A stretch of DNA of 64,000 nucleotides from an uncultured Nitrospinota bacterium (lineage in GTDB: Bacteria; Tectomicrobia; Entotheonellia; J063; CAVPRW01), in contig CAVPRW010000027.1 of assembly GCA_963707985.1 (NCBI GenBank), positions 96,001-160,000 of the forward strand, in the 5' to 3' direction. Below the pieces are notes generated by a model that ran no database searches, was not told the DNA's origin, and worked only from the letters and a program-made list of their open reading frames with translations. The position numbers were made by a program, and so were the translations under genes. Shown one piece after another: positions 32,765 through 45,080 of this stretch (its first letter is position 1; each line of letters starts with the position of its first letter).

Positions 32765-34318
32765 GTGATGATCCCTAGTATAAATCCAAGCGAGTCGCCG
32801 CCATTTCATACACTGAATGAGTACACGTTCCAAAAGTTATGCTGCGAATTGCACGCAAGGCAGCCAGGGATTGCTACATGCGATGTGTACGGGACTCGAG
32901 GACAGAGGCAGCGGGGCATTGACCTACTGGCTCACCGCCGTGGAAGTATGGAAAAAGAGGTCGGCCAATGTAAGTGCTACGATGATTTTCCACCTGCGGA
33001 AATACGAAAGGCCTCTGAGGAGTTCCTGGAACATCTCGGATATTGGCAACAACAGCAGGTCAAGCGTTTTATTCTCTTCGTAGCGTGTGATTTGGATCGG
33101 ACTCAACAACAGGACGAAATCTGCAAGCAAAAGAAACATCTTGCAAAGTATGGCATTGAATACGAAACCTGGTCAGCAAGTACACTTCGGGTGAACCTCA
33201 CTCCTCACCGACACATTGTTGAGCGTCACATTCCAACATCATATTGGGTGGAAAACATCTGTGGCACTGAATTACATTCTTCCCTCGTACCAACTGGGGA
33301 GCCCACCGAAACACAATCTATCTTGAGAACCATGGCCTTTGTCGGATCCCAAGTTGAGCGGTTGGCATCAGGATTGTCAAGGGGCATCGCAGAGAAGCTA
33401 GAAGAGATACGAGAGAGCTATCGAGAGGGACGTGTGCGCCAGGCATATACACATCTTCAGAAACTACGGAAGGAGGAATACTGGGACATCCTCGAACAAT
33501 CTCTCCGGGGCAGGATATTGCGGACTCTGGCGTCGTATGTCCTTAATATCGAACGCGATGTATCCAAGGCTCGTGCCCTAGCAAATGAGGCACGCAGCAT
33601 TGATCCAACTGCTGATGACACTATCCTTCGAACGTTGCTGAAATATCACATTGAGGGGGCTGAATCCGCATTAGTGGAGATAGGCGTCGCAAATAGCTTG
33701 GATATCTTCAATCTGAAGATCGCTCTGTTACTGGATCTCAGCAGGGCTGAGGGTATACTTGCCATGATAGAACGTTTCCCAGAAGGTCTTAACCTAAATG
33801 CGGAAACACGAAGATTGCACGCGTTAGCCCTTTTATTGAAGGGCAGCTTGCCTAGTGCGCAGACGCAAATCCAGGCTGCTCTGAATGAACGGGGAAAATG
33901 GGAGTCAGTGCGAACCGCAAGCGCTATCATCAATTATTTCAGCGCCCTCTCACCTGTAGCCCTTCCGAACAGGATGGTCCCCTGGCCAGAACCTATTGAT
34001 TGGGCGTTCATCAAGCGAGATAACCAGAGTCTCGAACGCCTGCGAAAAGCTAAAGCCGAGTTTGAAGGTCTTGCCTTGCAGCCAGATCGGGAAGACGAGT
34101 CGCGCCAACTATTCGAGGTGTGGTGCCTGGCAAGCTTGGCGAATGATCCGGACCAGCAAGTAGAAGCCCAGGAGTTCTGTCGAAGCATACTCGGAAAAGA
34201 CCCAACGAATTCAAGAGTTCTAGCCTGGGCTCTTGCGCGTGATTACGAGGTCGATCTCCCCTCCATTGAAAGGGCCATGGAAAAATTTCTTGGGGTAGAT
34301 GAAGATGGACTCTCATAA
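32765..34318 (+). CDS. putative defence protein part 1: Mrr-like PD-(D/E)xK nuclease plus helical repeats
   Basis: FQKLC, YG.RGQ.Q.GID and QCK, followed by TPR-like helices. Confidence 0.75.
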   Translation: MMIPSINPSESPPFHTLNEYTFQKLCCELHARQPGIATCDVYGTRGQRQRGIDLLAHRRGSMEKEVGQCKCYDDFPPAEIRKASEEFLEHLGYWQQQQVKRFILFVACDLDRTQQQDEICKQKKHLAKYGIEYETWSASTLRVNLTPHRHIVERHIPTSYWVENICGTELHSSLVPTGEPTETQSILRTMAFVGSQVERLASGLSRGIAEKLEEIRESYREGRVRQAYTHLQKLRKEEYWDILEQSLRGRILRTLASYVLNIERDVSKARALANEARSIDPTADDTILRTLLKYHIEGAESALVEIGVANSLDIFNLKIALLLDLSRAEGILAMIERFPEGLNLNAETRRLHALALLLKGSLPSAQTQIQAALNERGKWESVRTASAIINYFSALSPVALPNRMVPWPEPIDWAFIKRDNQSLERLRKAKAEFEGLALQPDREDESRQLFEVWCLASLANDPDQQVEAQEFCRSILGKDPTNSRVLAWALARDYEVDLPSIERAMEKFLGVDEDGLS

Positions 34319-37300
34319 GCAAGATCTGGAGCAGGTTATAGCATTAGTGGGACTCTATCTGAAATCTGGAAAAACTCATGAGGCATTGCAACTGTTGCAA
34401 CGGGTAAAGAGAAGATTCCTGGAAAGTGGGGCAGGGAGTATTTGGGCTTTCTGGCTCGCGCAAGCGCTTGTTGCCCATGGCGAACCTGAGAAGGCGCTCG
34501 AAGAAGCACGTGACGAGAAAGATCCTCATATCAACCGAACCATCCGAATGATGGCTCTCAGAGAGATTGCCCGTCGCTCAGAAGAATGGCACCCCTATGT
34601 TGAACATCTGGAAGCGTGTTTTGAGGAAACCCAAAGGGGTGAGTTTCTCTTTGAGCTATGCCAGCTGAAAGAGCATCTTAAAGATTGGTCTTATGTAGCT
34701 GATCGTGCTGAAGCTTTGATCCAGCATGTGGGGACCGCCGAGGTGTTACGTCTCGCTGCCTATGCTGCATGGGAGGCAAGACGCCCTCAGCAGTGTCTTA
34801 GGCTATTGAACGAGAACCCCCACTGCTTCCCAAGCCACCTCTTGCCAGCTGATTTGGGTCGATTGCGAGTGCTGTGTCAGGGACGCTTAGGATTACTTTC
34901 CCAAGCGGTTGCTAATGCAGATGCCATAGTCCGCCAAGATGACACCACAGAAAACATCCTCACATTGATGGACGTTCAACTACTGAAGGGTGATCTGAAG
35001 GGTCTCACTGTTACAGCGCGTAAATTATTGGCTCGCGAGGATCTAGCACCTATACACCTCCTGCGAGCTGCCAGGTTGACATTGTTCGAAGACCATGGAA
35101 TGGCCAAAGAGTTCTGGCATCGTGCCCGAGAGCGCGCTTTGGACGATCCCGCTCTGCTCAGCGAAGCATTGACATTGGGATTTAGACTCAGGCTCGATGC
35201 TGAAATGGCACCTTTGATGTGGCGCATGCAGGATTTTGCTTCCCAAGGCCGAGGCTCATTTCAGGCTTTCAAAATTAATGAACTGTTGCCAATGATGCAG
35301 GATCGCGCTAAGTATGCAGCCCATGTCTCGGAGAAGCTTAGTGGTGGAGAAGTCCCCATCCATCTTGCTGCGAAGAAGTTAGATATACCATTAGCCCGTG
35401 TATTTCATGGTTTGCCTGAACAAAATCGGAAAGCACCTGACCCTCTGTCTCAGCCAATCATTTGGGTACGCCATGGAGGACGCCCACTGCAACAACAGCT
35501 TGCGAGTACTTCCAATAGCTGGCGTTTGCATCTGGATGTCACCGCGGTATTGCTCGCGGCTGACCTGGGCATCTTGGGAAAAGTAGAACAGTGTTTCGCG
35601 CCTTTGAGAATCGCACCTGGACTTCTCGCTGCACTTGTGCATCAGCGTGATAGGCTGGTATCACACCAGCCATCGCGCATAGCCGGTTGTAGGCATATCC
35701 TACAATTGCTCCAAGATGGTAAGTTACATCCGATGCCGGCTGTAGCGGAAGTGATATCAGCACCAGCAGATCTCGTAGACAAAATGGGAGCCAACTGGAC
35801 AGGTCTCCTCGAAAAGGCTAAGGCCGACAATGGTTTCGTTGTCGATTACCTTCCCCTGACTAGCCACAACCTAGAGCCTGAACCCATCACTTTGCCAGAC
35901 CATGATCGCCATCATGTCATCAATTGTCGCGCTCTCATTGAAGGCTTGCGGCGCGATGGCTATTTTTCTCAGTCTACCTACCAACAGGCTTTGCGGAGGC
36001 TTGGCAGTGAGGGAATGGGAGGTGTTCCCGCACTGCTACCACCAAATGGTAGCAAGGTTTTTCTGATGGCGAACATTGCAGGAGTGCTGACAGACGCAGA
36101 ACTGCTGGAAAGCGTCTGCCGCCATTATCAGGTTTTCGTAGATCGTTGCTTCCTTGACGAAGCGCGCCTTGGAATTGAAGAGGAAGAAGGCAGGAGTCAG
36201 CGAACGGTATGGCTAGGCCAGCTTATCGATCGGGTGCGAGCTGGGCTGGATGCTGATGTTTACCAAAGCACTATCATTCCCGACGACAGGCCGCAACTAG
36301 AGTTAGAGGAAAAAGAAGCTGATAATCCGAGATGCCCTGAGCTTCCTGACATTCCTGCACTACCAGCCAGGGGATAGCGATATCATCTGGGGAGATGACC
36401 GCTGGTTTAACGGACACACCCATCGTGATGGGGTGCCTATTATTGGTATTAACGAGGTTCTTCGCGCACTGTGGCATCGTGGCCACATACAGGAGAGTGA
36501 ATATTACGCTGCCCTCTTAAAACTTCGCGCGGCAAACTGTCGTTATATCCCTCTGGACAAAGAGGAAATCCTCCATCATTTGCAACAAGCTCAGGTAGTC
36601 AATGGGACTGTCGTCGAGACCGAGGAATTATCCATTCTCCGACGGTATATCGCGGCCTGTTTCCTCGATAATGCGCGTTTGCAGCGCCCTCCAATGCCAC
36701 AGGGGGCCAGCAATCCCTACGGCGAGATTGCTTTTGTATCTGCGACTGTACGGATTGTGACCGATGCTATCATCGTTGGGTGGTCAAATGCGCAATGCGG
36801 TGACGATCTTGCCCAAGCTCGTGCAGACTGGATACTAGACAACCTATACATAGTGACCACTAATTTATTTCCCCTCTAGAGGGGATTGTCCTGTGGATCG
36901 GATCGTCGTATGCTGAGACGCTTATAGACCCCCTCTGAGGAGAGACGACGATGCCGCTCATGCGATACCTCCAGCATTGGTTGACGGGCCGAGGGCCGTG
37001 CCTGCAGGTGGCAGACTTCGTCCCGGACACACACCCCCTCCGCCAATGGGCCGAGACGTTTCCATGGGCGGCCATGGTTGCAGCCGTGGACCGCTCGTGC
37101 GCCCAGCGCGTCCCCAAACCCACCACGCGTGGACGTCCGCCGGTCTCGACCCGGGTGTTATGGGCGTTGGCATGGCTCACACATGAGTTGGCCTGTGCCG
37201 ACGAACAGAGGTGTCGCCGCTGACGGACTGACCTGGCCGTGATGGACTGCTGGTCGGGATCCGAGAGGTCCAGGTCGATGGTTCCCAAGCGCATGTTGTG

Positions 37301-40300
37301 CTTCCTGAAGTGCTGGCCCAGTGTCGCAGCCGTCTCGATGCGCCGTTGCTGGAGGAACGGCTCGCGATCCAGGCCGCAACCGCGATGGAGGACGGGTTGG
37401 TCAGCCCGGCGCACCTGGTGGTCGACACCGTTCCCCGTGAGCAGGGGAGCCCACGCGTCAATGATGCCGCCACCCTGTAGAAGGCCCCCAAAAAGTCCTC
37501 CAGCTCATCGCGTCCATAGCCGCACAGGGTACCACGCCAGGTGCAGAGCTGGTGGTGCAAGCTCCGCACCTCCAGCACGACCTCCAGAGGATGATGCGCC
37601 GGTTCGGCCGACAGTGCCGGGGGATGGGGAACGTGTGTGTCACACTGGTACGCCAAACTGAGACCCAACTGTTGGCGCGTGGCCACCAAGTCCTGCCCCT
37701 GGCTCAGGCCGTGCAGGAGCGCTGGCACAACCTGCTGCAGCTGTCGGAGGAGCAGCGGGCGCGCCTGAGTACCCAGCTGATCGCTGCGCTCGAGGCCCAT
37801 CACCGGATCGCACACCAATCCCGACGGCTGACATAGGGCAAAGCAGTCCCCCACGGCAACATCGTCAACGCCGACGATCCCACCATGGCACCCATGTGCA
37901 ACGGTAAACGTAACGGCCCTGCGCCATTTGGCCGCAAGCCGGGGATTGTCGCCGAGCCAGCCGCTGGCTTGATCTTTGCTGTGCATCTGCCGGTGGGACA
38001 TCCCAGTGACGCCAGCTCTGTGCCACCCTTGGTCGACCCCGTGCAGCAGGCGATCGCCCGAGTCGCGACGGGTCCCATCCCGGCCATCCGCTCGTTGGCT
38101 GGCGCTCTGGCGTGCAATGAGGCCGCGTGGCGTGAGGCGTTGCACGCGCAAGGGATTCTCACGGTCGGGATCCCGAAGACAGTCGATCCCCTCACCCCGT
38201 TTCCTTCCCCGGAGGACGTCCTCCGGATTTTGAACGAAGCGGGCCTGTCCAGCACACCTACCCCAGCCCAGGTGCACCTCGCCTGCGCCTGTGGGTATAG
38301 CCGCCCGGTGGTCGAACGCATCATGGCCAGTTTGCTGTGTCGTGGAGCAGGGCGCCTCACCGACAAAGGCCATCGCGGCGCGCGCGTACACATGGGAATG
38401 GCCGTCATGGCACACCACGCGGCGACGTTGGTCCGCATCCACGAGTATCGGCTGTCGAAGCGGGCACGCACGTTCCGCCGACGGCTGCGGTTGAGATGCC
38501 GTCAAGTCAATCACTGCCATGCCTCAATAAATGAGTGACCACTACATAGGATTATTGGGAGTGCGCCACTTGCAGCATGCCCCTGATCCCAACAGCGATG
38601 GGCTTGATCTGATCGGCCTCGAAATAGGGGGAGTTTTGGCACAGAGTTTCACCCTGAGAGGAAAGCTCCCCAATGAAAAGAGTGAGGAAGACAGCCCACG
38701 CCAAAAGTTTATCGATTGGCTGGAATCGCGGATCATCTCACAGCGCTTCAAAGCCGACCCCGACGCTGTTGTCGCTGTCGCGAACTGCCTCAAGAATCTT
38801 CTTATAGAGGTTACCGACCGCCATAATGACGACGAGCCAAGAGACATGGTTGCGCGGTTGCTCCTTCAGAGATTCTTTTTTGACTTGCCAGAAGGCATCC
38901 AGGATGCCATGCAGCTTGACCCTGAAGTCATGTCGAGACTTTGTGTCACGACCTTTAGATCCATTACAGTTGGTCCATTATGTTTTGAGCAGGGTGAATT
39001 CGTGAAGGCAGTAGCCGATGCATTGAACGGTCGGTTGGGCCGAATCACCGGCTCGAGAACCAGAGGCTGAATTCACATTTACTAGTACGATCGACAATAG
39101 TACAGGACAGCGTCTGAATGAGATTAAGGACCAACAGGACGCAGTTGTGACAACTTTTCGTGATCCCCTGCTCGGCTTGTTGCTGGATAACCCAAAAACA
39201 CGGGAAGAGTGGCTACGATCACATCGCTCGTGGTTTGATTGCGCTACTGGCGAGTTTGAAAAAGCTGTTGCCGACATTGTATCTACGGAGGAGCCACAAG
39301 ATCGAGTCGAAAAAACTATGATATGGCGAAAGTCTTCGGCAGCAGTCTTCTACGAAATTCTAGAACGACAGCTAAAAGACTTGGGGCAACTCAGTCAAGA
39401 TGAGCTCATCCCTCTGTCCGCCGAGGGCCTCTTGCGACACTTCCGCCTAAATACGTTTCTTAGCGGCGAAACTGATTTTCAAGCTATTTTGCAACAGGCA
39501 GCAATTGCCCTGATCCCTGAAGAGGGATTGGAGTCCTCTATCGAGCGTATGGGATGTTTGCCTATCAGGCTGCCTCCTGTCTTGTGGGAGGAGTTCGATA
39601 GGCTTTCAAATGAAGAGAATGTCGGGCTCATCAGGAGGTTATCCACACGGTGCGCCTCTCCAGTGAGCAAGATACATTTGATCGATTTGTCCCTTCATTA
39701 TGGGCGGGAAGAGCCGGATTTGCTGGCTTTGGCCCGCTCGACCTTGACGGAACTCTTCGATGAAATGGGTGGGGAGCTACATTACCGCTTGTTCGCCGCG
39801 CTCTTGCACTTTGTGAATGACGAATTTGGCTACTGGGCTGATGTCGTACGTTGGTCGGAACCCATAAAATTGGCCATGGTTTGGGCACAGGCCAATATGT
39901 TGCATAATCTTTTCGGCAGAATACAACTGGACCCGGCTAGGCTAGCTCAGTGGCTCGAAAAGGTCCGCCGACGAACTTCAGCCGAACTCCTAGGCCGTGA
40001 GCTGGCATCCTGGAATGATGTTTTACATCCACGGAGGCAGAATCGGACCGACTTTCTCGTACATGCTGTGGCCTTCATAGTATCAAACTATGATTCGCAA
40101 ATGGTCGACCAGCTTTATGTTAAAGATCTACTGCTCACGACTGCTTTTACTGGGGATAACGAGAATCAGTCGCCTCGAATCTCCTTACTCCGCGATTCCA
40201 CTTTGGCCTCAAACGTTCTAGGTTCATTTCTGGGGGGAGACCGGTCTACGGTATTGGCTCCTTGTATAGGTCATGAACTTTCCAGCATGCTCGCATCCTC

Positions 40301-40494
40301 TTCTTTGAAGAGCATGGTCGAGGAAGCTATCCAAACCCTTAAGAGTGATCCCTTTCAACTGTCGGAATGGGCGAAGATCAGGCATTGCCGTCGGGAATCT
40401 CCCCATGTATGAACATCTCGCAGGAGAATTCCGAGAAGTAGTAAGACAACTTAATTTTACGTCCCTCGCTGGCATTCACCCCTCGACCACAATG
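34299..40494 (+). pseudogene. putative defence protein part 2: TPR-like repeats, PIN-like domain and long helical region; IS-interrupted, frameshifted, 3'-truncated
   Basis: LHLDVTAVLL and IWGDDRW motifs; frame can be followed across 36330, the IS, 39050 and 40380. Confidence 0.7.
36853..38542 (+). mobile_element. degenerate IS (IS5-like DDE transposase), 1690 bp
   Basis: Imperfect terminal IRs (GTGACCACTAATTTATT / AATAAATGAGTGACCAC, 14/17), TACATA direct repeat on both flanks, transposase remnants (GRPP, VDT, GK...FGRK) with stops. Confidence 0.9.
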
Positions 40495-41880
40495 CGCGGT
40501 CTGTCGAGGGGCACGCCAGCGCTTATCCGCGCAGGGGTTCACCGTCGCCCAACGCGCCTGGATACAGGCCCTGTGGACCCCAGCCGTCACCCTGTTGGCG
40601 CTGATCAACATCGTTGTGGCGTTTACGACCAGGACGATCACCTGGCGTGGCATTTCCTATACCATGCGCTCACCGCAGCATGTGGTCATGCACACCGGGC
40701 CACGTGTTCCAGCACCCCCCTCGGAGGCCTGATAAGGAGAGATCGATCATGACCACCGGCCAGGAGATTCGCCATTACGTCCGCTCGGCGCTCGGCAGGC
40801 GTCGCTTTAACCTCCTCATCTTTTTTGTGACGTCGCGCTGTAATGCCAAATGCGACTTTTGCTTTTACTGGGATCACCTCAATCACCAGGGTGATCTGAC
40901 CCTGGACGAGATCCGTCAGATCTCCGCCACCATGCCGCCGTTCCATCGCCTGCTGTTTTCGGGGGGCGAGACCTTCATGCGGAAGGAACTGGTCGACATC
41001 GTGGGCCTCTTCCACCGTCAAAACGGCGTGGCGACGATCAATCTGCCGACCAACGGCATCCTGCAAGCCCAAATCGTGGCGAAGACCGAGGCCATCCTGG
41101 CTGAGAATCCGGCGCTGACGGTCAACGTGGGCTTCTCCCTCGACGGTTTCGCCGCCACGCACGACCGTGTGCGCGCTGTTCCCGGCTGCTTTCGTAAAGC
41201 CATCGCCAGTATCAAGGCGGTGACCGCCCTGCGAGACCGATTTCCCAACCTGACCGTGTTCGTTAACAGCGTCATTTTGCACGAAAATTACACAGAGATA
41301 CCGGCCTTGGCAGACCACCTGCTGCAAGAGGTCGATCTCGACACCCATTACTTCAACATCATCCGCGGTGACCCCATGAACCCGGCCCAGCGGGATGTGC
41401 CCCATGAGGTGCTGCCCACGCTCTACCAGGAGTATGAGCGCGTGCTCGCTATCTATGTGGACCGTACCCACCGGCGGCGTGGCCGCGGCCCAATATCGGC
41501 AGCCGTGTGGCGCACCTTCTACCTGGGACGGTTGGCGATCTATAATGATATTCAGCGCACCAACTATACCCATGGCGCCCGCTGGCCGATGCCCTGTACG
41601 GCCGGGGACACGGCCGCAGTGATCGACTACCATGGTGACGTGCGTATTTGTGAGCTGCGCCAGCCCATCGGCAACCTGCGCGACTACGATTGTGACTTCG
41701 GACGATTGTGGAGCTCATCGGCGCGCACGGCAGAGGTGGCGCAGATGCACCAGGATCACTGCGATTGTACGCACATCTGTTTCATCGACGACAGCGCCAC
41801 CTACAGCCCGAAGGTCGCCCTGCTGCAGTCCCCCCTGGCCTATGCACGACGTTCGCATCTCCCCACTGCTCCGGTGCCTC
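40495..41880 (+). repeat. direct repeat copy 2
   Basis: Starts abruptly at CGCGGTCTGTCGAGGGG, matching 30174 onward. Confidence 0.95.
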
Positions 41881-41894
41881 TCGAAGAAGGTTAG
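40749..41894 (+). CDS. radical SAM / SPASM-twitch protein, copy 2 (intact)
   Basis: AAGGAG RBS, CNAKCDFC, uninterrupted frame. Confidence 0.92.
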   Translation: MTTGQEIRHYVRSALGRRRFNLLIFFVTSRCNAKCDFCFYWDHLNHQGDLTLDEIRQISATMPPFHRLLFSGGETFMRKELVDIVGLFHRQNGVATINLPTNGILQAQIVAKTEAILAENPALTVNVGFSLDGFAATHDRVRAVPGCFRKAIASIKAVTALRDRFPNLTVFVNSVILHENYTEIPALADHLLQEVDLDTHYFNIIRGDPMNPAQRDVPHEVLPTLYQEYERVLAIYVDRTHRRRGRGPISAAVWRTFYLGRLAIYNDIQRTNYTHGARWPMPCTAGDTAAVIDYHGDVRICELRQPIGNLRDYDCDFGRLWSSSARTAEVAQMHQDHCDCTHICFIDDSATYSPKVALLQSPLAYARRSHLPTAPVPLEEG

Positions 41895-41968
41895 CGTGAA
41901 AGGAGATGCAGGGGCCATAAAGCGACCCGTAGGCTATGCGATTCCAGTCACCAAACCAATGCCCGCCA

Positions 41969-42500
41969 CTAGATGAGGCGGATCACGTAGGACATACTGC
42001 CACTGTCCTTAGACGGATTCGGGGGTTGCGCCTGATAGGGAGCGAAGTGCACGCACACCCTACCGAACACCTTGCACTCGGCCCCAGTCCACTGATTGGT
42101 CGCTTCGACCACCATAAATGCGCAGCCGAGCGCTTGGAAGTGCGCAGCGGTGGCGTCCACGAGTTCGAAGGTATCCGCTTTCGCCAGAGCATCAGACCGC
42201 GCCACTATGAAATGGTGGCCAACCTTGCCCTGGGCATATGCCGCTCGAGAAGTCCGGGTACTGGGTAAACAGCTTCGTCAGTGCCTCCTCATCACGGGTC
42301 CTCAGCAGGGTGCAGATCGGCTCCACGAACGAGAAGACAGCAGGGAGGAATGGGTCGTCCTGTCGGTATGCCGGCGGAGCCAGGTCGATAACGCGCTCCA
42401 ATGGGAGGAGATCGTGAAGAGCCACCAGATGGCAGCACGCCCGTTTGGCGGTGGCCTGCTCTGGCTGGATGCGGAGGGGAAGCCTGCACGTTGGGACGCG
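41969..42500 (-). pseudogene. degenerate gene fragment, possibly GNAT-like
   Basis: Protein-like stretches in two frames, including VVEATNQWTG. Confidence 0.3.
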
Positions 42501-42678
42501 TCCCAGTGTTAGCCTGGTACGATCGACCCGAGCGCGAAGTAATCTCACACCCGAAGAGTTTGATTATATACGTTCTGGAACAGTGGCGGAGGGAACCCCC
42601 AGCGGACATTTGACAGACGCCCGCACACGTCAGATTCGAAGGGATGGCCATGGCTCCTGAGCGCCTGTCCCGTCTGCA

Positions 42679-42766
42679 GCACTGCATCTTGGGGTTCCAG
42701 GAGCAATCACCATTATGCCCAACCGGGCATGACGGCGATTACGCCTGGAACCCCAAGATGCAGTGC
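42679..42766. repeat. 88-bp long palindrome (MITE/REP-like)
   Basis: Perfect 23-bp IR GCACTGCATCTTGGGGTTCCAGG plus an imperfect inner stem and AACC loop. Confidence 0.85.
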
Positions 42767-42790
42767 ACGCGTCCAGGCCTGTGTGTCACG

Positions 42791-45068
42791 CTACGGACGC
42801 GAGGCATCCGGTGTGCGCTGTGCCGGGGCTCCACGGCCTCCACGCGCCGCGAGCGCCGCTTTGACCCGGTCGGGCGTGAAGGGCACGGCGCGCAGCCTGG
42901 CCCCAGTCGCGTCGAAGACCGCGTTCGCCAGGGCCGCGGCCACGGGAGCCGTGGAGGCCTCGCCGGCGCCGAAGGGCGGCAGCGCCGGTCGGTCGAGCAG
43001 GGCCACCTCAATGGCCGGGACTTCCGGGAAGGTCAGAATCGGATAGCTCACCCAGTCCACGCTGGTGACGCGGGCGCGATCGAACGTCACTTCCTCGTGG
43101 AGCGTGCGGCTGAGCGTTTGCACGATGGATCCTTCGATCTGGTTGCGCAGCCCATCGGGATTGACCACGAGCCCGCAGTCGTGCGCACAGGTGACGCGCT
43201 GCACGCCGATCCTGCCACTCGCCGGATCGACCGTCACTTCCATGGCCATCGCGACGTAATTCTCGCTGTGTTTGTAACGCGTATACGCCACGCCGCGGCC
43301 GGTCAGCACATGGTCCTGCGCCGGCTGTGGATTGGGCGAGGGCCGCGCCTGCCAGCCGAGCATTTCCGTGGCGCGTTTGAGCACGTCGATGGCCCGCGGA
43401 TCCGTGAGCCCGTGTAGACGGAAGGCGACCGGATCGGCGCCCGCCGCCGCGGCCAACTCGTCGGTAAAACTTTCCACGGCAAAGACATTGGCGATTTTAC
43501 CCGGGGCGCGCAGATTCGACAGCCGTAAGGGTGTCTCCTTCAGCCAGTGCACCCGCACGTGCACGTGGGCAGCCGCATACGGCGGATCGCCATTCTGCGC
43601 GATCTGCCCCGCGCTCCGGCCGTGCGCCTGGGACATCCCGGCCGCATCGACGGCGAGAAATGGTCGATGCCCTGGCACGTTCGCCGGCAACCACATCTGC
43701 GTGTCCCACGCCGAGGATCCGTTGATCGGCATCGATGCCCCCGCGCAATTCCAGCACCTGCGGGGGTCCCTTCGGGTCCCAGCCGTGCTCGTCCTCGCGC
43801 GTCCACTGGACCCGTACGGGCCGCCCCACGGTCTTTGACAGGAGGAGCGCGTCAGCCGCCGCGTCGTCACCACCGTTCGTGCCGTAGGAACCTGAACTAT
43901 CGAGAAAAATCACGCGCAGCTTGTCCTCCGGCATGCCGAAGATCTTCGCCAGGTTCCGGCGCAGCGCGTGGGGGCCTTGAGACGCGGTCCAGATGGTGGT
44001 ACCCTCTGGCCGCACATCGGCGACCGCGCAGGACGGTCCGAGCGAGGCGTGGCTTTGGAAGGGCCACGAGTAGGTGGCGGCAAGCTGTGTGACGGCTGCA
44101 GGCAGCGCCGCCGCAGGATCGCCGCGACTCACGAGCGTCTCCGTGCGCTCCACCGCGCTCTCGCGCACATAGCGGTCGAGCCCGGCGCTGCCGGGCAGTC
44201 CTTCCCAGGCGCTCCAGGTCGCTTTGAGCGCGCTCGCGGCACGCACGGCCGCCCACTCGTCAGGCGCGACGACCCCGAGAAAGCTCTCAAGCCGTACGAC
44301 GCGGACATCCGGAATGCCACCCAGTGAGGACTCGTCGACCGCGAGCAGGGAGGCGCCAATCGCTGGTGGGCGGATGACGCGGCCATGCAGCATCCCGGGG
44401 ACGGTGAAATCCTGGAGATAGACGTGCTGTCCGGTGCACTTCCCCGGCACATCGGGCCGCAGGAGCGGTTGGCCCACCACTGTGTAGCGGATCGGGTCCT
44501 GCAACGGCGCCTGCGGGTCGACCGTGAGGGCCAGGTGCTTCCCTCCCACCAGCACACCGAGGTCAATGCCTGGGCCGCCGGTAATGGGTCGCACCTGACC
44601 ATCCGAGAGGGTCAGTTCCGCCGCGGGGCGTCCGAGGCGCTCGGCACCGAGCGTCAGGAAGGCCTGGCGGGCGGTCGCCGCGGCCTGGCGGACCTCTACC
44701 GCACCACGCGGGATGCCGGTGCTGCCCCCGGTGCCTCCCTGATCGGGCGTGAGCGCCGTGTCACCCTCGACCACCGCGATGCGCTCCACGGGCACGCCGA
44801 GTTCCTCCGCCACCATCTGGCTCATGGCGAGGCGCAGGCCCGTGCCGACATCCACCTTGCTCGTATAGATGGTGACCGAGCCATCGGCATGCACGGCAAG
44901 GAAACTGTCGACCTCTTTCAGATCGAGCGGCTTCCCGCGGTCAGCACCAGCGCCTGGCTCTTGTGCCCTGCTGCGTTGCGGCAGCGCCGCGCCAAACATC
45001 AAGCTCACCACGACCGCGCCGCCGGCCCGGAGCACCTCGCGCCTCGACATGACAGATATGGCGTGCAT
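42791..45068 (-). CDS. xanthine dehydrogenase family molybdopterin-binding subunit (IorB-like); frameshift near 43711
   Basis: SRR N-terminus, GTG...A..Q..AEEL, LRAPG..ANVFAVESF.DELA, HDCG..VNPDG..NQIEG, GAGE and ANAVFDATG.R.R. Confidence 0.9.
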
Positions 45069-45080
45069 AATTGGCCTCCT

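Noticed and set aside
37177..38520. 447-aa minus-strand ORF inside the IS
   Set aside because: Antisense to the degenerate transposase; the transposase motifs are on the plus strand.
40686..41633. 315-aa minus-strand ORF
   Set aside because: Antisense shadow of the radical SAM gene.
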